The notes beneath the pieces are model-generated. The model saw nothing but the letters and a program-made list of their open reading frames with translations, did no database searches and was not told where the DNA came from. A stretch of DNA of 63,731 bases, counting the filler, from Platydemus manokwari (Eukaryota), in assembly GCA_037951405.1 (NCBI GenBank). It is 6 parts of 6 records of this genome, joined end to end, with 100 filler letters (N's around TTAATTAATTAA, not from the genome) between each part and the next. Parts side by side here need not be neighbours in the genome. Positions count along the whole stretch, not along the records: positions 53,815 to 63,731 come from JBBMOY011189767.1; 5 more parts are not named here. One strand, written 5' to 3'. The first letter of the stretch is position 1. Every line of letters starts with the position of its first letter. This document shows, in pieces, positions 53,866 to 63,731 of the stretch. A program made the translations under genes and the position numbers.

Positions 53866-55574
53866 GGATATTCTGTTTTGGCGTTGATGTAATAATAGAA
53901 TATCGATGTTAAATATCAAATTATCCACCATCAAAACCTTGTCAAAATAGCCTAGGTTACTGAATTGAAAAAATAACTCAATATGCTTAATACGAAAGAA
54001 GTGAAAACAAGATAGTCTATAAAATATATAAATATAAATAAATAAAATCAACGTTGAACTAAAATATTCTAGAATAAAATCGTTGTTTATTTTCTGCATA
54101 AGCATTTTTCGTTGCGTTGAGAATTACTACAGGAGTTAATTGATTACAAAAATGAGAAAGTACTATTCATAACAAGAAATCAATCGAAGAATTGGATTAT
54201 TATTACAAATTTTTATCAAAAATTTCATTACAATAATAAGCAGAACACTATTTTATTTATTGCACTCATTTGAGTGAATTTGTTACTGTATCTTATATTA
54301 CGCAAGTGACCTTTCTATTCATAAATCTACTAAACTTATTAATCTTATGTATAACCCCACTGTCTCCCGTTCCGTGATTTTCTAAGTTTTCACATAGATC
54401 TGAAGAGACCATAGATTTGAAAAAACAAGCATACAATAAATGAGGTTGGCAAATCAAAGAATCTACCTGATTTTGATAAGTGAGGACATTTAGGACTACT
54501 AAGTCGACGAATTATAATAAACATAAAGGAATGTTCCAAAATTAGTAATAAATAATGAATCTTATTTTTAATATGTGAATACATATTTTTTATCAATTAA
54601 GATTTAAAAATTATAGGTTTGTTTTTAAATATTTTCGAAACAATCAAATTATTATGAACAGAGCATTTAATTATGAATAATATTAATATAGGGTTAAGCT
54701 AATAAAAAAGGTTTTTTTCGGAAGAGGAATTTTATTCTTGATTTAATCTTAAAGAAATTTATTAACATTTCAGGCCTAAATTCAACTTTCCAAAACATTT
54801 TTCATTTTAAACGAAAATTGCAATCATTAGATTTTTATTATTACGGTTATTGATACATCGATTTCCTGTATTATTATACTATTTATTGCTTGCAATATCA
54901 TTTGTTCGTATAAAATAAAATTAAAATATCTCTTCGTTAAAGTTAAGAAAAGTGGTCTAAATTTTAAATTTGTTCAAACATTGCAAAAAATTAATTATTC
55001 CGATTAAAACATTTCGAATTTGATATTTAGATTTTTAATTGTTTGAAATCAAAAAAATACAACATGGAGATTATAAATTAATTATTTGAAATGGACATTG
55101 AGGTAGATAAATTTGCAAAAAAAAATAATTAGTGAAGACACTTTCCTGTAAAATTGGTATAAAGTGAGAAGATAGGCTAAAGTTAAGAAAAGGATTCCAG
55201 AAATAAATTTTGTAATCTTGAATTCAATGCAAAACATTATATAATTTATTTAAATTTATTCATTATAACCTTTATGAATCTTTTACTTAATTAACTAAGA
55301 ACTGAAGTTATTTGAAATTAAATTTTAAATAAATAATAATATTAAAATCTGTATAAAATCTGTCATTTGAAAAAAGTATAGGAAGTAGATCAAATTGAAA
55401 TTTATTGAATATTAGCTGATCCTTTATAACATTAGAACGAAATTGAGAGCAACCAACATATGCATAAGCTATTATTCACTTGAAATTCAATTATAAATAT
55501 TAATTATTTTTATTTATTTTACCGTTAAACTAATTTTACTCTGATGGACTTAGTTATTCATAGTTATTAATATA

Positions 55575-56390
55575 TTGGCTGGTGCATAAATTCGTGAGAA
55601 TTTTTTGTTGGAAAGAAAACACATCAACTTTTTGTTTTAACTAATTTGAGTTATATTTATTCAGTTGAATTATCTATCTAGATCATTTTAGACTAACTCT
55701 CACTTTTATTACTTTCATTAAAATGGAGTATCAAGTGGATAAAAATGAATATTTCCGACATTTACTCCTTATATATCAATAGTTACTAGACCTTCTCAAA
55801 AAGTCACAAAAATAAACTTATTTCGATTTCTGCATCTTTACTCTTTCGCTATCAATTTACTCTGCAGCAATATCAATCTTTCCTTTCTAAGATCGTAAAA
55901 TTTGATAAGAAATGGTGCCTGTATATAAATTTGAATAATAAATAAGCTTGGGAAAGTTGACCAATGCAAAATCTTGTTTTTCGTTTGGTCGGACAAGTTG
56001 GATTCGACACGAAATCTTGCCAAGAAACCAAACAATCAATACAGAACTTTATTATTAACAACTCAAGCGAGTAAACAAGGCAATCAATGCGAAAAAAATC
56101 TACAAGAAGCGTATAATTTTACATGACAATTTTCGGCCTCATGTCGGCCATTGAAGAGCTAAGCTGGGAAATTCCCCATCTTCCATATTCCCCCGACTAA
56201 GCCCCAACAGATTTTCATCTTTTCCGCTCAATCTCGAACCATCTTTCTGGTCTTACATTTGAAAATGAAGAATCAATGACAACGTGGATTGAAGTTTTTC
56301 TTCCAAAAATCACCAAGCTTCTTCAAACGTATGATTAATAAACTACCAGAACGGTGGAAGGAAGTGATCGATTATGGCGGAGAATGACTT
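55575..56390 (+). mobile_element. Degraded mariner (DD34D) element
   Basis: TIR-like start TA|TTGGCTGGTGCATAA; peptides ILHDNFRPHV, PHLPYSPD*APTDFHLFRSISNHL and INKLPERWKEVIDYGGE. Confidence 0.88.
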
Positions 56391-56859
56391 GCCAATTTAG
56401 ACTGAAATATTCGTCTTTTCTAATGATTTCATAAATTCATTTTGTAATCTGGAATTGTTTGCATTGTTTTTATTTTTGATCACCATGCATTTTTCACAAT
56501 TGTAATAACCGCACCAAATTTGTACCGTCTCAATATTTTAATGATTTGACACATTCTAAAAAGTTATTTAAATCGGAATTAATTTAGATTCAAACAGAAA
56601 ATTAGTTTTCATTAGTATTTATGAAATAAAAAAGTTATAATAATTAATAAAAATTTTTTTCAATTTGTTACTTATAAAGGCTTTTAAATGCAACCTTATT
56701 AAATTAATTTCTTTGTTTAAATATTTTTATGTTTTGTTATTTTGAAACTTTAACAATAATTAATATAGCTATTAATTTTTATATTTGTTATATAAGTCGT
56801 CATGCTTAAGAATATCATTAAAATTTTTGCTATTATTTGATAAGACTTTATTTGAAATA

Positions 56860-58184
56860 ATGGACGCTATAAGATTAATATTTACAGATATTTTGAATTT
56901 ATATGACTGGTGCATCACTATATCAGGTATTATATTAATCTAGATTTTTTTATGCTTTAGTAATTAAGATCCTAGAGTGTCCAATTGGCCGTTAATGACG
57001 AGTTATGTACCAACTTTGGTATTAACTTGTTCGTATTTAATTTCAATATATAGTGGTATCTTGTTCATGAAAAATCGATCTCCATATAATTTGCAATATA
57101 TTTTAATTATCTATAATTTTTTGATGATTCTATTAAATTCATATATTTGCTGGCAACTGTTTATCAATTCCTGGAATCTTAATTATAATTATTTTTGTCA
57201 GCCCGTCAATTCTGACTCATCTAATATTAACGAATTGAAAGTAAAAATTTCAGTTTGTAGTTATATTTTTGTTTATATGAAAAAAATACAAGATTGCAGA
57301 AGCGATTTGGTGGTTTTATATGTCGAAATTGTTCGAATTTTTTGAAACAGTATTTTTTGTCCTTCGCAAGAAAAATGATCAAATAAGCTTCTTACATGTT
57401 TATCACCATGCAACAATGTTCCCAATCTGGTGGATTGGTGTCAAATGGTTACCAGGAGGAAGTGGTATGGGGATATTTAGAATTGTGTAAATGTGTTGTC
57501 AGTGTTTGTCGTCATATTCAGATGTTATTTATCACTAAGGAATTATTTCATAATTTTAATCATCTTTTAACGAAATCCGTTTGGTAAGTTTCATTTTATC
57601 TCTCATTTATTAAAAAGTTGAAAAAAATTCCTTAAAATTTCACACATGTAATGAATGATATTAGAAGAAATCATCAATATTCGTTAATAAAGGATTTGTA
57701 AATTGATATATAATATGTGTATATTTGTTATATATGTGGTGATTTATTAATATATATTTACCGGTTTTTCAATATAAATATTTATTCATAAAGCTTTTCT
57801 TGGTCCAATGATCAATAGCTTTGTCCATGTGGTCATGTATGCTTATTATGGATTAAGCATTCTCAGCCCGTCATTTCATAAATATCTGTTCTGGAAGAAA
57901 TATGTCACTCGTTTTCAATTGGTAATGCGTATTATTTTTCGATATTTTTATTAATTTTTTCATTTTTTTTGTTTATCATAAAGATCCAATTTCTCATTGG
58001 GATGGTTTGGGGTTTGAATTTATTAGTCAATGACTGCGAATATATTCCTCGTTGGATGATTTATGTTGGAATTATTTATGGAGTATCAATGATATCTCTG
58101 TTTTTGAATTTTTATTATCGGGCCTACACTTTACATGGTCGAATGCTTCCAGGATCAAATAATAAGGTGAACAAGGTATATTGA
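56860..58184 (+). CDS. ELOVL4: Fatty-acid elongase (ELO/GNS1/SUR4 family), ELOVL4-like, complete, 279 aa
   Basis: Exons 56860-56926, 56969-57240, 57293-57464, 57794-57921 and 57984-58184 total 840 nt. Motifs [74 protein letters not shown]. Subfamily assignment is by motif similarity only. Confidence 0.95.
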
Positions 58185-58928
58185 TGGGATATTGATGATT
58201 CAGTTATCATTTTTATAATGAAATCGTATTATTCTCGTCATTATAATTTATAAAATTAAAACTTATCAATTCTAATTAATTAAATAATTTATTTAATTAA
58301 TTAATTTTAATTAATACCGGATTATGAAATTTGATTGGAACATTTAGAAAACATTTAAATATAAAATTATCGCAGCTCCCATCTATCTTTGAAATGATTT
58401 TAATGTGGTTAAAAAAAATTTAAAGATTAAAAAAAATTAAAAATTAAAAAATGGGACAAATATCGAGGAATAACTCAATGATAAAGTTCAGAAATCTGCA
58501 GAAAATGGAATACTGGTTTAATAAAACAATTTCTACACACTCTAACATGATAAAGATGTATAAATATATGTTAGCATTGATGAATGTGTGTGTGTGCCAT
58601 TGATAATATATGTGATTATATTTTGCAATGTTAAACAGATCATCTATATTGTAACAGCTTTTATTTTATCAATTATATCTGAATTTTATCCAGTTTTGTT
58701 ATATCTTGATGTGGAATCCTCACATTTCTTTTAGTGGTGATTAAAATTGATTGAGAGAATGTTTAAGCTGTAGCTATAATATTTATTATTGATATCAATT
58801 ATAAGATGATTTTTTCAGCAGAAATATTATTATCTCTTTCATTGAATTCTCGATAAATTGTATGACGTCTTATAATGGAAATGTATTTGAGCTAATATTT
58901 TGTAATAAATAAATAATCATACTGATTG

Positions 58929-59502
58929 TGTAAGCCACTACTATTTTATAAAACACGCATTGAAAATGAACTGAAATGATTTGACATCAAATTATATAAT
59001 TATTTATAATTATATAAATTAATATAATTTTATATAAAACCTGAATTAAATCTTTAAAAATTTTATTTATTTAAAATTTCTTACATCGCTCTTTTTTTAA
59101 ATTATTTGATTTTCTTTGTATTTTTATTTGGCATTGTATTGAATGCTCTACATATTTATTTGTATTAATATCAACTAATTCATCTATCTTCTTGATTTCT
59201 TTTTTATATCACATTTACACTTTCTCTACATCTTCTTTTTAACTCTTCATTATTTATTCTGCATACATACCCAATGTCTTCCTTTCCATATTTTTCCAGT
59301 CATTGATTTTCTCAGTATCAAATCCAGATACGTGGTCGCCATGTAAACCGTTATTATTTTATGCAGCACGCATTGAAAACGAACTGAAAAGTCACGATAT
59401 CAAATTATGTGTTTAAATACAATTATTTAAACAAATTAATGTAATTTTATATAAAATTTGAATTAAATATTTTAAAATTTAATTCGATTTAAAATTCTTA
59501 CA
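58929..59502 (-). mobile_element. TRIM (terminal-repeat retrotransposon in miniature), 574 bp
   Basis: 5' LTR 59502-59342 (161 bp) and 3' LTR 59085-58929 (157 bp), both TGTAAG...TTACA. PBS TGGCGACCACG at 59341-59331 and purine tract AAAAAAAGAGCGA at 59098-59086; 256-bp interior with no pol. No clear target-site duplication. Confidence 0.85.
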
Positions 59503-59690
59503 GTGATGTATAAAAGAATTTTGATAATTTATTGATTTATAAGTTTTTATTTTTTCAATCCCAATTTAGAGCGCTAAAATTTATTGATTCCAAAATATTT
59601 GTGAAAACATATATTCTGTGAACAATAATCAATATAAACATTAATAGATAAGATGATGTTACACAAATATTATTTCACGTTTTGTAATTT

Positions 59691-60426
59691 TCACTCTCAT
59701 CTAGCACTATTAACTCTCATCTAGCACTATTCACTCTCATCTAACACTATTCATTCTCATCTAGCACTATTCAATATCATCTAGCACTATTCATTCTCAT
59801 CTAGCACTATTCACTCTCATATAGCACTATTCACTCTCATCTAGCACTATTCAATATCATCTAGCACTATTCAATATCATCTAGCACTATTCAATATCAT
59901 CTAGCACTATTCAGTATCATCTAGCACTATTCAATATCATCTAGCACTATTCAATATCATCTAGCACTATTCATTCTCATCTAGCACTATTCACTCTCAT
60001 CTAGCACTATTCACTCTCATCTAGCACTATTCATTCTCATCTAGCACTATTCAATATCATCTAGCACTATTCATTCTCATCTAGCACTATTCAATATCAT
60101 CTAGCACTATTCACTCTCATCTAGCACTATTCAATATCATCTAGCACTATTCACTCTCATATAGCACTATTCACTCTCATCTAGAACTATTCAATATCAT
60201 CTAGCACTATTCAATATCATCTAGCACTATTCACTTTCATCCAGCACTATTCACTCTCATCTAGAACTATTCAATATCATCTAGCACTATTCACTCTCAT
60301 CTAGAACTATTCAATATCATCTAGCACTATTCAATATCATCTAGCACTATTCAATATCATCTAGCACTATTCACTCTCATCTAGCACTATTCACTCTCAT
60401 CTAGCACTATTCAATATCATCTAGCA
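59691..60426. repeat. 20-bp minisatellite, about 37 units, consensus TCA(CTC/ATA/TTC)TCATCTAGCACTAT
   Basis: Uninterrupted 20-bp period with no indels and no spacers. Confidence 0.98.
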
Positions 60427-60640
60427 GATATCGAAATCGTTCTTCTAATGCAATATCCTAATATTATATTTCTCACGCACATATTAAATCTGATTGTTAT
60501 AAATGACGCTTATTTTCACTGAAAAATGTAATGAACATCATTGATTCCTAATTTTGTTCTCCTTTTTTCTTTCAATCTTATATTTTTTCATGTCTTAATC
60601 TTTTATTTGGTGTTATTGGATTGAATTTACCAGGTAATCC

Positions 60641-60654
60641 GTTACCATGGTGAC
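60641..60654. promoter_or_regulatory. Candidate RFX X-box GTTACCATGGTGAC
   Basis: Near-palindromic 14-mer matching the GTNRCC-N(0-3)-RGYRAC consensus; target gene not identified. Confidence 0.35.
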
Positions 60655-61134
60655 ATATGTCAACAAATCGTTTTAAAATGATAATTTTGTTAATTATTAT
60701 TGTGGATTTTTTTCCAATCATTTGATATTGGATTTGATCGATTTATTGGAATTTTTTTATTTAGAACACATCTAATGGTGAGCATGCCAAACAGCAATGA
60801 AATGATTTGCAGCATTTAGAAACAATTAGAAATATGAAAATTATTTGTTGAATTTTTCATTGTTTTTTAATCAATTTACATAATTTTAGAAAATAGAACA
60901 TTTGCTTTTAAATTTCCTCATTTTTCCCCCAATGGCCTAAATGGCTTGTTTTGTTTAATTAGAAATTTATTAATTTTTTTCTCATTTTTATAATTTTATG
61001 CAATACATTATAAATTTATGTGATTCATTATATTTTATTGAAAAATAATTTGTCTTGCTTGTGTCTGTGATAGTTTATCGGTGTCTAGAATTCTAAAATG
61101 CTATTTTGAACTTAATTGGTTAACTACAAAAGTT

Positions 61135-61821
61135 TTATTTGGATTTCTGAGTATTTTTGGATGTTACATTGATGTGGTGCTTGTTTTGATAATGTCTTAC
61201 TGTTTTCATCTAAAATATTGAAAGTAATGAATAACCATTCAAATTGTTTAATCAATCTAAGGGATTTAAGGCCATATTGATTGTTGGTAGAAACACAAAA
61301 TAGATACAATTAAATATAAAAATGGAAATAAAAGAAAACACGTTCTAAAATTAGAATTCTTCACAAAAATTAGATATCAAAATAGTATTAGAAAATTACT
61401 TCTAAAATAAAAATAATAACGAAAATAAGGACAATAAAGAATAGTTTAAACAATAACAACTGATAATTATAAAACAATTCAACAGAATATTGACTGAACA
61501 GGTTAAATTACTCTGTCACGTTGAAATTATTCATAAATCAAATACACTTGTGTTATTCTGGTCAACTTTATCAGTAGTTAAGAGAAAAAATTCCTTTATT
61601 CTACAATTGCAAACTTCATAATTGATATTATGTTGATAGTTATTACTGTTTAATATTTCAATTATATTTTACATTTTATTTTCTTAACCAATAAAATCTT
61701 AATTAATGTCTAAAATAAATTACCAATTGAATCTTACAGCGACTATTGGAATTTTTGACTCAACCATTAGTAGCACCTTAACGGCAAATAAGTGCATTAC
61801 GACTAACACCTTGGGAATCAT
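61135..61821 (-). CDS. Candidate two-exon small secreted basic peptide (52 aa)
   Basis: Exon 61835-61738 (TTAG acceptor, GTAAGA donor, ATG at 61821) joined in phase 0 to 61209-61135 gives MIPKVLVVMHLFAVKVLLMVESKIPIVAMKTVRHYQNKHHINVTSKNTQKSK*. Confidence 0.25.
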
Positions 61822-63731
61822 CCTTAACAATTCTTCTAACACAATAGAATTTTCAATAATTAATTAAATTAATTAGTTAAATCAAATCCATGGGTATCTG
61901 TTGCTATTAATCAGCTATAATTAGTGCTAGTAATTATTGCATTGTCTATCTTTAATATCGTATAAGATTTTGATTCACCATTTATATTTTATTGTAATAA
62001 TTGGTATTTATTTATCGATTTTCTTTATATTTTAAAGTGTTTTATTTCTATTTTTACGTGAAACCTAAGAAATAATCTTATAATGTTGTGAAAATTGAAA
62101 TCCAGAAAATTACAAGAACGATTTTAATATTCCTAATGTGCAATGTTATTTATTGATTTTATTTTTGATATTTTGATATCATTTGGTTATGCCTTATTGC
62201 TTCTGTAATCATCTATTGTTTATTTATATCAGTGTAATAGCTTATTATGGCAGATGGAAATAATTGACAGCCAATCTTATTGTTAGGTGGGCAGCGAAGC
62301 CATTTCTGATTTCCACGAATCAGTTTCAGTGATTAATATTTTTAAAAATAACAACACAAATAAATTCACAGGAATTAAAATATTTAATCCAGGTTGAACA
62401 AATAAACACGAATAAAAATAATATAAGCATTTAAAAAGATCAGAATAAATTTAACATTAATCGTGTATAATTTATCATCAGAAGAATGAGAAGAATAAGA
62501 AATAGTTTTGGAAAATTATTATTTTATTTTTCAATAAATAAAAGTTGAAAGAATTAAATAATTCAGTTGTATTTACATCGTAAAATTGGTATAAATAATC
62601 CAGCACTACAGGAAATTATGTCATTAATACGCAGCTTATAAGCTAGTTGTAGAAACCGGTGAAAAGAAAAAAATCGAAGATAAATATAGATACTGGAAAA
62701 GGTGGACACATTGGAAGCTGTTTTATGTTAATTGACATCGGCAGCTTCCCAAAAGGTAAATCCCTACGAGATAAAATTTTCTAAGATCTACACAAAAAGT
62801 ATTAAAAAGTCATGTAACAATCACGAAATTGACGTACGTGGCTTATATTAACTCTCTAAAAACCATAATCTTTTTGGACTTAATCTATGCGAATGTGTTA
62901 TGTAATTAAATTGAGTTATTGTTAGTTATATAAGNNNNNNNNNNNNNNNNNNNNNNNNNNNNNNNNNNNNNNNNNNNNNNNNNNNNNNNNNNNNNNNNNN
63001 NNNNNNNNNNNNNNNNNNNNNNNNNNNNNNNNNNNNNNNNNNNNNNNNNNNNNNNNNNNNNNNNNNNNNNNNNNNNNNGAATGCAATATTTAAAGAAAAT
63101 ACAGATCACTGTTAAGTTTTCAGATTCATCCGAATATTCAGTGATAGTATTCGTTATAAGTGGTAAAGGAGCAAAATTCATTTTCATCATCTTTCAGTGA
63201 ATGCCCCTAGAAAATCAGGAGAACAGTCCTTCATATATCCACTGGATAAGTTACAATAAGCTAGTGATATAGCAACACAAGAGAGATAATAAAAGGATAA
63301 ACATTGGAATGGATAGTTGATTTCGATGTCGATCTCTGAAGTCTGAAATCCTCAAATCATAGCCATCAATTCACAAACAGTCAAAGCAACCCAAATGATG
63401 TGATTTTATGATGATAATATTTTTAAACAATCTTTGTGATTACAACATTATGACAATAATTCTATTAAGTGACATTTTCGATAATATTTGCGATTATAAA
63501 ATTTTACATGGTTCGATTAAGGTTAATATGATTCTGATAGATATAATTGTGAATACGAGCTTAAAGTGATACTGTCTTCAAATACTAAATATTTTAAACA
63601 TTTATAACTGATAAATATTTAATGCAAAAATCAGATCGTCTGGTGCTGAAGATTAATTCCCTTGTATATGCCCGGCACTTGCTGGAAGAACCGAAGTAAG
63701 ACCGTGCATTTAAACTACTGATCTATATTAT

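Noticed and set aside
59691-60426. CRISPR-like array
   Set aside because: Units are contiguous with no unique spacers, there are no cas genes, and the context is eukaryotic.
61738-61835. Lunapark-like ALIC motif in another frame (DDSQGVSRNALICR*)
   Set aside because: A stop follows at once and no flanking homology is present.

Overview
Very AT-rich animal nuclear DNA with many short (about 42-60 bp) GT-AG introns. Intron size, composition and the cathepsin C sequence suggest a flatworm (planarian-like) genome, but this is inference. The window is six segments joined by five artificial 100-bp spacers (44N-TTAATTAATTAA-44N), so adjacency across spacers is unreliable. Host genes built exon by exon: cathepsin C (5' four exons, +), an anoctamin/TMEM16 (nine internal exons, -), the last two exons of a very acidic E/T/V/I-rich protein (-), two exons of a PPM1K-like PP2C phosphatase (+) and a complete five-exon ELOVL4-like elongase (+). 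The rest is mostly decayed transposons: Ty3/Gypsy gag/pol remnants, two families of solo LTRs, mariner (DD34D) and rosa (DD41D) remnants and a LINE endonuclease remnant, plus a 20-bp minisatellite. The most interesting signals are a miniature LTR retrotransposon (TRIM) family and its probable Gypsy partner, in which the Gag start codon is formed by the LTR end plus the tRNA-Arg primer-binding site; an elongase whose four introns all use AAG acceptors; an anoctamin with NN->SH at the TM6 calcium site; and several candidate small or orphan proteins. No rRNA, tRNA or CRISPR array was seen, and I found no evidence of a wholly new multi-gene system. Exon coordinates were derived by hand; transposon boundaries are approximate unless termini are quoted.
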